Assembly: GCA_951406725.2 (NCBI GenBank)
Contig: OX597819.1
Coordinates: forward strand, 103,044,001 to 103,108,000
DNA length: 64,000 nucleotides
Direction of reading: 5' to 3'
From: Octopus vulgaris
Lineage: Eukaryota
A program made the translations under genes and the position numbers. Shown here in pieces: positions 14,158-27,110 of this stretch. The first letter of the stretch is position 1; every line of letters begins with the position of its first letter. Below the pieces are notes generated by a model that was not told the DNA's origin, searched no databases, and saw nothing but the letters and a program-made list of their open reading frames with translations.

Positions 14158-14709
14158 ATTAAAAACGAAAATCATATCCCTGTCGCGCAAGCACCCTTTA
14201 GCGACACCATTATCACCAGTACCAATACTGCTGCTGCTACTGCTACTACTACTATTACTACAGCTACTGCTACTGTTACTAGAACACAGTGACATGGTAA
14301 TTACTACTAGATTGACAACAAGCATGCTTCAGACTAACATTTAATGTAGCCGCCAGCAGCCCCAATCACACCTTTCCCACCACCATCAAACAATCTTCAT
14401 CAAAATTAACAATAATCAGATCACTTTATCTCACTCACTTCTTTCAAAATCACGAACCGGAAGTATATATCACTAGGGGTTTTCGCTGCTGGTTCGAAAG
14501 AGCTCAAATAAATGATTTGATGATCAAGTCAATTTGGTGACCCTATTGTACATGATGCTTTAGCCTTACCAACAATTAGTTTTAATATAGCTGGCAGTGT
14601 CACCGTATCACCAAAATGGTGGTGAAACAAATAAAGACTCTGCTATCATATTTAATTAGAATATATAATATACTATTTAGTATATTATTACGTAATAAGA
14701 ATACGTTAG

Positions 14710-14915
14710 TCCTTTCTGTTACTGGCTCAAGGATAGATATTTTGGGTAAAGGAGTTAGTTGATCCTAGTGCTCAACTGGCATTTATTTAATCGACCTCGA
14801 AATGAAGAATAGTAAAGTCAACCTCAGTGGAAATTTAAACTCAAAATGTAAATTCTGACAAAATGGAGCTAAACTTTTTCCCCGGTGAGGTAATATTTCT
14901 CCCAGCTCGCCGCCA
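14710..14915 (-). mobile_element. SINE family B, degenerate
   Basis: Reverse complement of family B, ending at CCAGCTCGCCGCC. Confidence 0.7.
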
Positions 14916-15149
14916 TATTGTAAATACTAATTAATATAATTGAGTATGGTGCTGCATTGCCATAATCGCAGTATATTTTCTAGGAAAATTTTAATGGTCT
15001 GAGCTCAGATTTTGATGAAACTATCTTAGGCTTTCATTCCTCCGAGGGTGTTAAAATATAATAATGGTTAAATACGGTGGTTGATGATATTTACCAACTC
15101 TTCCTACGAAAAATACTTCTTGGGTACTTAATTAGAAGCTATTATGATA

Positions 15150-15592
15150 TACTCTTTTACTTGTTTCAGTAATTTTACTGCGGCCATGTTGGACAACCAC
15201 CTTTAGTCGAGCAAAATCGACCTCAGGACTTCGTCTTTGTAAGACGAGTACTTATTCTATCGGTCTCTTTGCCGAACCGTTAAGTTACGGGGACGTAAAC
15301 ACACCACCATCGGTTGTCAAGTGATGTTGGGGGGACAAACAAAGACACACAAACATATACACAAATACATACATATATATACATATATACATATATACGA
15401 CATGCTTCTTTCAGTTTCCGTCTACCAAATCCACTCACAAGGCTTTGGTCGGCCCGAGGCTATAGTAGAAGACACTGACCCAAGTTGCCACGCAGTGGGA
15501 CTGAACCCGGAACCAAGTGGTTCGTAAGTAATCTACTTACCACACAGCCACTCCTACGCGTATGACTTACCACACATCCACTCCTACGCCTA
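15150..15592 (-). mobile_element. SINE family A, full length, with a 30-bp tandem duplication of its 5' head
   Basis: Complete reverse-complement match. ACTTACCACACA(G/T)CCACTCCTACGC is repeated at 15535 and 15565. Confidence 0.9.
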
Positions 15593-16109
15593 CATACTAA
15601 TATTAATTTGAAGTGAAGGCACTAGTGAAGACATTACTTTTTTCATTAACCTGCCTGCTTCCACGACCGTTCGAGGTTCGATTCCTTTGCTGCGTGGCAC
15701 GGGATATTACTTTTGCCTGGAATTTCGAATGGAATTTAGTAAAAGGAAACCTTATAGAAGCGCGTCAGGCGTGCTTCTGATAAAATAAGATTGGCGAAGC
15801 TTAGCCACTACTGTCAAGCGCTCTACGACAGAACTACTCAACTACGAGATGAATTTTTTTCATACTGTTCACGAGGCTTCCAGTTTATATATATTATGGT
15901 CTGATGAACTCACCCGACGAAGGTGACGTATGAGTGTTTAGCGTTTGCCGAACGACCTGCACAACTGATTTGTTTATGGTGATCAAATGCTCGTACGGTA
16001 TATTAGCTCACTCTCTCCATCGAATCAGGTGCACGATATACCACGTCAGATGTTACAAAAACAACAACGACAACAAAAACAAGAACAACAACAACAACAA
16101 CAATAATAA

Positions 16110-16312
16110 CCCTTTCTACTATAGGCACAATTTGGTGGTGAGGGGCAGTCGATTTGATGGACCCCAGTACACAGCTCATACTCAACTTATCGACAGCGAA
16201 AGGATGAAAGGCAAAGTCGAACTCGGCGGGATTTGAACTCAGAATGTAAAGAGACGAAATACCGCTAGGCATTTCGACCAGCGAGTTAACGATTCTGCCA
16301 GCTGACCGCCTG
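16110..16312 (-). mobile_element. SINE family B
   Basis: GAAAGGATGAAAGGCAAAGTCGAACTCGGCGGGATTTGAACTCAGAA is the reverse complement of the family B body. It is flanked by (AAC)/(AAT) tracts. Confidence 0.85.
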
Positions 16313-16343
16313 AATAGTAATAACAACAACAACTATAATAATG

Positions 16344-16413
<70 letters not shown>

Positions 16414-16645
16414 TAAAAATGATGATGATGATGATAATATATTTATATATAAATTCATGATGATACGTTTCTAATACATGTACAAGGTAGTAATTTTGGT
16501 GGGAGGAGTTAATCGATTAAATCCACCCCAGTATTTTATTGTGTAGTTCTATATAACTCTATACACATACAGATATATATATATATATGTATGAACACAC
16601 AGAGACACGAGCGCATCCATAGTGGTGGAGGACTGCATCTATGTA

Positions 16646-17881
16646 TCAGGTCATCCCATAAGTTCTGTTCGAATTTTGAATAAAGAAAACGAGTTTTATG
16701 TTTAATTGAAATTTAATCATCAATGTACTTACCCTGATTATCTATGATTTCCTTCCATATATTTACAAGCTTTTTAATCCCATCAATGTAAAACTCTTTT
16801 GGTTTCAAAGCAAAGAACTCTGAAATGTCAGTTCCGACATCCTCCTGGCTTTCCAATGTTATGTCCCCCACATGATTCTGTAAACTACGAAACAAGTAGC
16901 AGTCTGAAGGCGGCAAGTTCGAGAGAATAAGGTGGATGAGGAATTATTTTCCAACAAAGCAATTCGATTTTCTGTGATGTATTCTCTGCAGTGTGGGGGT
17001 CACGCATTGTCCTGATGAAACATCACTCATTTCCGATTCACTAAAGCAGATCTTGGTTCAAACGCTCTAATCGCTGACAGTATACTTGAGCATTAATTGT
17101 TGCATTAGGCGGTAACAATTCAAAGGGAATTACTCCTTTGCAATCCCACCAGATAGTGAGAAGAACCTTTTTTCCATGAAGTTCCCTTCTCGGTTGTGGT
17201 TGAGCTTTTTTTCTTTTTTACCATGCCACTGTTTACTACGTTTAACATTTCGATAGACGATACATTTTTCATCCCCAGTCCCAAGTCTATCCAAAAAGGG
17301 TGAAATGAGTTCGCGAGAAAAAAGAGAAGAGCAGATGTTAACTGGGGATTTGCGGCTGCTTTCGGACAATTCATGAGGCACCCATTTTCCAAGTTTAGGA
17401 ACGTTTCCAAGTTGTTGAAGATGACGATGAATACTTCTATGGTTTGAAATAAGCTTTATTGCCAATTCTTCAACTGATAATGCAGGATTTTCTTCAAGTT
17501 ATGCCTCAAGGAACTTATCATCAAACTCAACTGGACGTCCTGTTCGATCTTCATCTTCAAGGCTGAAATCTCCACTTCTGAATTTTGCAATCCGTTTTCT
17601 GCAACTTCTTTCATTTAAGCATTTTTTCCCATAAACTGAGTGTGTGTATCGAGTCGCTTCGGCTGCAGAGTTTCTGTTTTTTGTACTCCTAAAGCATTAT
17701 GTACCTTAATAGCTCTTTGGATACTTCCATATTAGAAAGGGTTTTAATCAAAGAAATTTTAATTCTATTATTCTGTAAAATAATATTTAATTCCACTAAA
17801 CATTCTAAAATACTATTAAATTTCATTCAATTTTTTTTTTAAACAAAGGTAAAATTGGACAGAACTTATGGGATGACCTGA
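16646..17881 (-). mobile_element. Full-length mariner DNA transposon (inactive)
   Basis: TIRs TCAGGTCATCCCATAAGTTCTGT at 16646 and ACAGAACTTATGGGATGACCTGA ending at 17881. A TA target-site duplication is present on both sides. Length is 1236 bp. Confidence 0.95.
16713..17730 (-). pseudogene. mariner transposase pseudogene (DDD type)
   Basis: ATG at 17730 (MEVSKELLRY...). Motifs WVPHEL, TGDEK, HQDNA, HPPYS and LPPSDCYLF are spread across frames, with stops and frameshifts. Confidence 0.92.
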
Positions 17882-18199
17882 TATCTATGTACAGTTCTGG
17901 CTACGCTCGTGTCCGCTTCCGTTTACAATTGAAAACCGGTTTGATCTCTAAAATTTAACTTAACGATTCGGTTACGAGAATCAATGAAAGTAATGCCTTC
18001 GCGTTGTTATAATCTTAAATTGATGAAATTAATGGTCACTTGCATTGGTATGATGTTTTATAAACTTTTAAAGGCCATGCCCCAGTATGGTTACTACCAG
18101 TGAGTGAAACATATAAAAGAATTAAAGAACTATAGAATTCAGTGACTCATTCTATTTAATAAAACGTAGAAATTGAGAATTTTTAATGTTGATGTTGTC

Positions 18200-18600
18200 T
18201 AGTCTTCGATCAGTAGTGATCTGACAATCGAACACAATCCAATCCCAACTCTCCAGTCTTTGCTTGCATCAAATTCTACTACATTTTTCAAAATATTCTT
18301 CTCTATTCTAAGAGAACAGTGTCGTGATGTGAGATAAATTGTCTGTTATTTCTAGTGAAATAGTAAAACTAGATTGAGTCTCATTCGTTACTCTGGTGTT
18401 TTCGCTGTTTAGGTTAAGGTCAAAACCTGATCCAGTTGATCTATGACCAAAAGTATTCCATCCATGACCATTCCATCGTTTACGTATACATATGACTCTC
18501 ACGAACACATTATTTAGCAAGCCCCCTATTTAAGACAACAGGGTGTAATTTGAGGGGAAATTAGTAGCTATTTCTAGCAGGTCGACTGGTTCCTTTTCCC
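18200..18600 (-). mobile_element. SINE-like family D, one or two degenerate copies
   Basis: Reverse complement CGACCTGCTAGAAATAGCTACTAATTTCCCCTCAAATTACACCCTG... is similar to 7565-7790 and 9590-9820. Confidence 0.55.
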
Positions 18601-19073
18601 CCGAAGGCTGCTTGTCACATAGCTTAATTAATAGGTGTAATTTTTCTACATGTTTTGCTTTTTCCCAACATTTTTTCCCTCATAAGTTCGACAAAACTAC
18701 TGATTCGTGAGTCTCTCTGCTGGTGTCAAAGCTTAATATTTTTTTAATATTTATTAACTTTAATATGGCCGCCAGTCTAATTAAGTGAAGTGCATGCTTG
18801 ATAAATGCATCTTGTTATTTGATAAAAATAAAAAAATTCTTTCTGTAACAATTTTCCTTAAAATACAATATTGGTAGTCTTCCACATATGAGATCCAGCA
18901 AGATCAGCCATCCGTTTCTAATTTTATCTAGGCGCTTTCTTGTGCATCAACAGAAATAGTATGATAAACTTTCGTTTCTTTACATTTTCTAGTCTACATT
19001 TAAATATCATTTTCTTATATCTCTTATTCTTTTACTTGTTTCAGTCATTCATGAGCGGCCAGTACAATGTATG

Positions 19074-19108
<35 letters not shown>

Positions 19109-19537
19109 TATATTTATTATACACACATGCACACTCACATATATACATTTATATATATATTATATATAGTACCCAACAGTAGTTTAGGCCCGTTGTCCGC
19201 ACTACAGAAGTTTCGATGTGCTTGTGTATATAGGGAGGACTTCGCTCTATTATTGTCTTGTGGACTAGACCAAGATGAAGTGAAGCCTTTTACTTCACAA
19301 TACATCACCCGATCCTGGACTCGAAACTACAATCGTACATCATGAATGCAGTTTCAGGATTCGTCAGAATCTACGAATATGAACATATAGGACTCCAGGA
19401 ATAGCTAGATACGTAGATACGTTGCTTAACGTAAACTGAATCAACGCATTACTGTCATTTGTTTGTAGTGTACTGCATATATGCATGTATATATGTATGT
19501 ATCTATGTATCTATGTATCTATGTATCTATCTATCTA

Positions 19538-19607
<70 letters not shown>

Positions 19608-19609
19608 TA

Positions 19610-19659
<50 letters not shown>

Positions 19660-19827
19660 ATCGGTCTGTTTGTCTGTCTGTCTGTCTATCTATCTATATA
19701 TATATATTTATTAAAGAATAAACATATACAGATTCACATATACATATCGAATCCAAAATTCGACCATGGGTTTCGGTGAGCTGGTCACCTTGCGTTTCTG
19801 CGTTTCTTATTTAAACGATTGAAATTT

Positions 19828-19969
19828 AAATTTCATAACAGTTGTTTCAGCAAAATTTTAATACTATAGAGGTCATTCTTAGATTACATTAAGGCAAAGA
19901 CCCGCAGTGATGTAATCTAATAATGAATCTATAGAATTAAAATTTTGCCGAAAGAGCTGTTGTAAATTT
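19828..19969. repeat. ~62-bp-arm inverted repeat containing hammerhead 3'-half sequence (Penelope pseudo-LTR-like inversion)
   Basis: The arms pair around a ~16-nt loop. The right arm has TTTGCCGAAAGAGCTGTT, and the left arm read on minus has TTTGCTGAAACAACTGTT. Confidence 0.65.
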
Positions 19970-19988
19970 CGAACACCTTTATTTATAT

Positions 19989-20042
19989 ATAATAATAATA
20001 ATGATAATAATAATAATAATAATAATAGTAATAATAATAATG

Positions 20043-20093
<51 letters not shown>

Positions 20094-20120
20094 GTAATAA
20101 TAATAATGATAATAATAATG

Positions 20121-20183
<63 letters not shown>

Positions 20184-20192
20184 GTAATAATA

Positions 20193-20237
<45 letters not shown>

Positions 20238-20252
20238 GTAATAATAATAATG

Positions 20253-20349
<97 letters not shown>
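19989..20349. repeat. (AAT)n microsatellite with periodic AGT/GAT variants
   Basis: Direct reading. Confidence 0.95.
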
Positions 20350-20358
20350 GGATTATTG

Positions 20359-20440
20359 ACCTACACGTGTTTCTACTGTATCGATTATTATCCGTTGCAA
20401 TTGCAACCCTGCTATGATATCGGTGCAGTTTCTTCAGGGT
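20359..20440 (-). ncRNA. Type I hammerhead ribozyme motif, complete core
   Basis: Minus strand: ACC-CUGAAGA-a-ACUGCACCGAU...AUCGAUACAGU-a-GAAA-C-ACGU-GUA-GGU. Stem I is ACC/GGU, stem II is long, stem III is the palindromic ACACGUGU, and the cleavage triplet is GUA. Confidence 0.8.
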
Positions 20441-21439
20441 TTTCACTTTAATATCCTTTGATTTAACTACTTATAAATGCATGTTTGTGTGCATGTATGC
20501 ATGTATGTATATATTCAGATGATAACACGAGACTTGTCGTGATTTTTGCGATACATCGGACTTCGAAAGAAACAATAATATTCTTCTCCACTCTACTATA
20601 TGATCGGTTATTGAATTATTTATTATAAACTAAAATACCTACAAAATTTTAAATGTACCTCCCTCAAATTCTCTCTCTCTCTCTCCCTCTTCCTCTTACC
20701 CTCTTCTGTGTGTGTGTGTGTGTGTCTGTGTCTGTGAGTTTTGCCCAAACTTAGCAGACAAATATATTGATAACTAGGGTGAGATGAATACTATGATGGT
20801 AGGGGAAGATATAGTAGTAGAGAGAATAACGAGAGGGGTTTATATAGTAATATAAGATACATAGACGTTACAAAAAAAAAATGTAATATAGAAGGTCATA
20901 AAGAGAAAGAATTATATCGGAAGTACACTGCAGCACTGCGGTAAATGCTCTTAGAAAAAGCAGGAAAGAAGCAATTTGCTGGAGAAAGAGCCTGAAGAAG
21001 AAAAGAAAGAACATCGTTGTGAGAGAGAGGGAGAAAATATATAAAAAAAACGGTAGATGGAGGTGAATGAAAGAAAAGTGTGAGTCCAAATAGCGGGTTC
21101 CTGTTCAATTAATATATTTCTAATTTACTTTATTGATTTCGTGTCTTTTATTATTATTTTTTTTTTTTTTATTATCATTATTATTATCATTATTATCATT
21201 ATTATTATTATTATTATCTTTTTTTTTATATATATTTTATTTTAATCTGTTCGACAAAGCGGAGGCACGATCTTTGGAAGTTGCCTTTCGGGCATTCAGA
21301 AGCATTTCGTCTGAAATTTTGTGTTGTAATGGAAAATATGCTGCCAAACGTTACGTCGTCTGTATGTATTCTCTTGATATTTTATGCCTGAACTGTTTCA
21401 TGGTCTTCCAGCGATACTCCACCACCCTATCACTTCAAA

Positions 21440-21915
21440 CTCATCGTCATTATCATCGTCATCGTCAACATCATTGTCGTTGTCATCACCATCGTCGTCG
21501 GCGTCAGCGTCGTCACCAACAAAAGCAGGAGCATAGTATAAATCTTTAAAATCCTGACGGAAACTCGACCTGAACTGCCAACATTATGGTAACAACTATC
21601 ATCACTTTCTGCACCATCTTCATCATTATCACCACCATCACAATCAATGACATCATGTTTGGCATCATGATCATCGTCATCATCAACATAAGCTTCATCA
21701 TAGTTATCATCATCATATTCATCATCATCATCATCGTCATCGTCGTCATCGTCGTCATCATCTTCATCCTTCTCCTCCTCCTCATCATCATAATTACTGT
21801 CAATAAAAACAACACCTACTCCATCATCATCATCATTATCATCATCATCATCATCATCATCATCGTATTAATATCATGTGCACCACCATAATCATCATCA
21901 TCTCATCAACATCAC

Positions 21916-21949
<34 letters not shown>

Positions 21950-21986
21950 GTCATCAACATCATCATCATCGTCATCATCATCATCG

Positions 21987-22053
<67 letters not shown>

Positions 22054-23119
22054 TATCATCATCATCATCATCATCATTATCATCCCCAACACCTATATCC
22101 GAGCCCGCATCATTATATCTATCACCACCATCACCACCAACACTGTCATCTCTATAAACATTATCACCATCTCATATTTCTGGTCATAACCACCATTATC
22201 GTTGTCATCGTTATTATCATCAGCATCTTTCTTAGCCGTCATTATCATCATCACCATCATCACCAACCCAACACTACCTTGACCATTATCACCAACTCCC
22301 ACCGCCATCATCATCACGATCATCACCATCACCAACGCCATCATCACCATAAGCTCCATCATCATTGTCTTCATTATCGTTATCATCATTCAAATACATT
22401 AGTCATGTAAGTCATATAAATGATTGCCAGTCATGTAAGTCATTGTTCAATTTTCTGCCTAGCAGTGCCGGGTTCAAATTTGGCAATTCTTTGAATAAGA
22501 TTTCAAGTTGGAATTATTGTACAGTATAAGGGAAGTGGCGGTGATGGTGATGGTGGTTGTGTTCTTGAGGAGGATGGTGATGATGATGACAATGGTGTTC
22601 ATGATGGTAATGGAGATGATGATGGTAGTGATAAAAGTGACAATAGTGCATGTTCTGATGATAATCGTGACAAAGATGATGATGATGATGAACATGATAA
22701 TGATGCTGATATTGACGACAATGGTGATTGATGCTGATACTGATGATGAGGATGATTTTGGCAATGATAATGTGAAAATGACAACGTCGATGACGATGAT
22801 GATGATGATGTTGATGAGAGTCCTTGTGGTGGGGATGGTGTTAATGACGACGACGACGACGGCGACAGCAGTGGCGGTGATGATGTTCATGATGATGATC
22901 ATGATCATGATCATGATCATGTTCATGACGACAACGATGATGAAGATGATGAAGACGGTGTTCATATGGATTATGATGAGTATAAGATGGAGGAGTAGAA
23001 GCTTCACGATAACTGCGATGGTTATGTTGATGGCGATGATGTTTTAATGAAGAGGATAATGTTGATGGTGACGATGACCACGATGTTGATAACGATAATT
23101 TATAATCAGGATCATCATG

Positions 23120-23163
<44 letters not shown>

Positions 23164-23530
23164 AGCCATCGTCATCATCATCAACGTCATCATATGTATT
23201 GTTGCAAAAAGTGCTAGCGAGCCGAGAAAGGAAGAAAAGAATGACTTGCAGCAAAAAAACAAAAAAAATGGCCACTAACAACAACAACAGCAAAAACAAC
23301 ATGAACAACAACAAAAACAGCAACAAACTTATGAAAACAAAAATGTCATGCATAAAATAATGACAACAGCAACAACAACAAAAAAACTAGTAACATCACT
23401 AACAACAATATTATCAATAACACCACCACCATTGACAACAGCAGCAGCAGTAGCAGCAGCAGTGTCTGCCCCGCCAGCAGTTCCGACAGCAGCGTCAGCT
23501 GTGACAACAGCAGCAGAAACACAGCTATGA
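21440..23530. repeat. Compound degenerate trinucleotide region: (ATC)n, then (GAT)n, then (ATC)n, then (CAA/CAG)n
   Basis: Direct reading. It is the source of the poly-I/M/S/H ORFs. Confidence 0.9.
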
Positions 23531-24004
23531 ATGTAAACAACGTTGTGAAATAGTTATTTAAAATTCACCGCCATTTTTCATAGCCGTCGGCCATATTGTG
23601 ACAACATCCAATTCTCATTTTAATCATATATTACAAAGTTATGCCTTGAAAAGTTATTCATCTTTGCTACGGAACTCCGTCTTTCATGCGTTACATTATT
23701 AGGAGACGACTTATTTGTCGCTTATGTTCTTGCTGAAGAATATTTTTTTTTTATTAATGGTTTGATGTCTTTAGTTACAAGAGAGTGTGTATCTAAGTAT
23801 GAATAGAACTTGAGCATATAAGTGGCTTTGTAGGATTAAATGTGTATGTTTAAGCTGACTTTGTTTTAAGAGTGTGTAAAAATCAATGAGTCTTTGTGTT
23901 CGGAAATTTGCACTTCCTGAAGAGAGAGAGATAGAGAGTACACATAAGTAACTATGCCTTTATATAAATATGTCTGTATCTGTCTATTTTCATAAAGCTT
24001 CCCG

Positions 24005-24055
<51 letters not shown>

Positions 24056-24087
24056 TGAATGTATATATATATATGTATGTATGTATG

Positions 24088-24215
<128 letters not shown>

Positions 24216-25318
24216 TGTTTATATATATGCATATATTTTATTAACATATATATATATATATATATGTATGAATGCATGTGTGTTTGTGTGTGCGTGTGTA
24301 TTCATATCATACACGCCTCAAAACCTGTCAGCAATGTGAACACCACAAAAGATATCGTAAGATTAATTATTTCTGTAAGCTCTAATATCCAGCTGTTTAA
24401 ATCTAGTTCCAATTCCATTCTTGACAGATTCATATTATTTTCATTTACAATGACGGCCACAAATCCTAGCTATATACATACAGCGTATCCTTAATAAACT
24501 CGCTATATTTTAAATCTAAAATCATATGATAGTATTCAACTTATTCTGTGGATTAACACATATTTTTTCACCACTTCTCTATTATTTAGTATGTTGTTAT
24601 ATTTCCTGTTGTTACTTACACTATATTCCATTTCTTCCTGAAGAAAATAACAAATTAAACTCTAGTAGAAATGTAAATAAAAAATAAAAAAGAATAAAAA
24701 AGTAGAGGGTATTTTCAGGCTTTATATTTATGTTCGGAAGAAGAGAATTAAAGGGGATTATAGAAACGAATTTACTCTTATATTCTCTCTGCTCTTGTCT
24801 CTGTGTATGTAACTCTCCGCCACTCTTTCTTCCAAAACGCACACACATACAGACATTTCTGCGTATGTATATGTATATGTGCGTATGTATATGTGTCTAT
24901 ATATGAGTGTGTCCGTGTGTTGCAGTGTAAATATATGTATTAAAAAATACATTATACTTCAATTTAATTTACAATGAACTGGTTTGTCTATATTGACTTT
25001 AAACATATTAGTCAAACTTCCAAAAAGTTTACACCAATGCTTCGTTTTGTAATTTCAACCTAAATCAATTCTGTAAATTATAAAATATCCATTTTGGTTA
25101 CTCAGCCGTGAGATTAGATACTATAAATTTATTTCATTAAATTTCTGTGAACACAATAATATTTGGAAGGTAAAAAATACAAGAATTTATAGTAATATAC
25201 ACATATTGAGTAAGGAAATATAAACATGTAAATGATACGGTATGTAGCAACTAGTTACCTAAGCTACGCTGTATATTGTGTATACTTTGCAATATTTTAG
25301 TATCTTATTGACTTTGTC

Positions 25319-25595
25319 TGTCAAGCTACAACAAAAGTAGCCAAGCATTACAAAGTAGAGGCCATCGTGTTGCTCCATCTGAAGCCAACTTTCTACCAGT
25401 TCTTGTTCTTCGAGAATATGACTCGCTTTCTTCGCTTGAGACGCTTCATCAAGTAAGAGGTGGTGGAAGCTTCGTCTCGAAGAACACGAACTGGATTCTG
25501 CAAGGTATCAAAGAACTAGCAGAATGATGACGTCTGTCAGTGCAGCCTAATGACTCCTACTTTGAATGCTAGGATGTTTTTGTTGTAACTTGACA
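25319..25595. mobile_element. MITE-like nested inverted repeat
   Basis: Outer arms TGTCAAGCTACAACAAAA...GCATT-CAAAGTAG and CTACTTTGAATGC...TTTTGTTGTAACTTGACA. Inner arms at 25396-25415 and 25475-25494. Weaker symmetry may extend to about 25263 and 25675. Confidence 0.7.
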
Positions 25596-25924
25596 AATAA
25601 AACAAAACAAAACAAAAAATTTAAGCGAAAGATGCAAAAGTTTTGACTCAACACAATATATTACAATTCACGTAGAGTTATTCAAACGTGAATGTCGTGT
25701 CGATCATTTTTATATTGGAAAGACATCAAACATAGATTTAGTTGGATGCGCCAAGAGTTTGATGGAAAAAACGCCGAGAAAGAAACCTTGAACAAGGGAA
25801 CTCCACAGTGACTCATTAACCGTGATATATTGGCAAATGTCGCGACGTCACTCGTCTCAGAGATACCCTACTATTTGGGATAGGTAACAGCAACTTCTTG
25901 TTAGTGTATTTTTGTTTTCAGATT
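25595..25924 (+). repeat. ~320-bp direct duplication, copy 1
   Basis: Nearly collinear with 27111-27427. Confidence 0.9.
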
Positions 25925-26205
25925 TGAAATCCATCCTGGAACGTCATCGGCATCAAGTGAAAATACTTAGCTAAAGTAATGCTTACAACGTGTTCTAAAA
26001 CACGTGCCAGAGCAGGAAAATGGCCGAGATCCGTGCATAAGTACCAAAATTGATGGGAAATAGCTTTAAATAGGTGAGTGTAATTAAAGAGGAAGTAAGG
26101 TAATATATTTGTTTATTAAAACTTCTAATTTCTCACGAGGAGAGACCTCGTATCGGATTTCCTCTGGTGTTCATGAACTAGAAAAAAGTTATAGAGAATT
26201 TATTT

Positions 26206-26257
26206 TTGTCTGATGATTGCTGATTGTTTAGTTAGGCATGAAACTTAAAAGTAACAG
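26206..26257 (+). ncRNA. Type I hammerhead ribozyme motif, complete core
   Basis: UGU-CUGAUGA-u-UGCUGAUUG-UU-UAGUUAGGCA-u-GAAA-CUUAAAA-GUA-ACA. Stem I is UGU/ACA, stem III is ACUU/AAGU, and the triplet is GUA. Confidence 0.7.
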
Positions 26258-26958
26258 CGTATTATATTTGTCGGGCCATATTTGTGTGTGTGTGTGCGTG
26301 CGTGTCTGTGTTTGCATGTTTGTGATTGTGTAATCTGTAAAAGAATATATATGTATATACGTGTATGTGTGTTTGTGTTTCTGTATGAGTGAAAAGAATA
26401 TGTTGTTTTATGTAGGGGTGTATGTTTTGTAGATAGATACAGAGGAAGGGGCAAAGATTAAGGCAGACAAATTTCAAACGTCAGATTATCTAATAATTCC
26501 ATTTGGTAAATTCCATAGTCTGACATTTGTGAAATAATTCTTATTCCCAGAGAAATACAAATATTTTACAACTGTAGACTAGAAAACGTTTCATGGACAC
26601 TCTGTATTATACACAATAATTCTGACACCGCAAACTGGTAAAGAAGAACATATAACTATGTAATGCATATATAAATAAACAAAAAACACGTATGTAGGTA
26701 TGAAGCAAGAAAAAATACATGCGCTATGCCTATAATTTATAATTAATAGGCAGGTAATAATAGATGAAAGGTTATCAACGGAGAAGCATGGATGTCAGAT
26801 AAGTGAGAGAAATAAAAGTTTTGTTGAGACAGAAAAAACCTCTTTGATTAAAACAATAATTCATGCTGAGGTATTTTCTGTTTATCTTCGTGGCTGTCTG
26901 CCATCAGTTATACATTCGGAAGGTTATATATAAATATACAGGTTGTATTATATATTCA

Positions 26959-27014
<56 letters not shown>

Positions 27015-27110
27015 ATAGAGAGAGAGACAGACAGACAGATGTGTGTTGGATTGTTTAAGCATATGCATGTACAAATTTGTGCAAATATTTATATATCCAT
27101 ATGAATCTAC

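Noticed and set aside
19340-19372. Minus-strand CTGACGA-ATCCT-GAAAC
   Set aside because: Stems I and II do not form.
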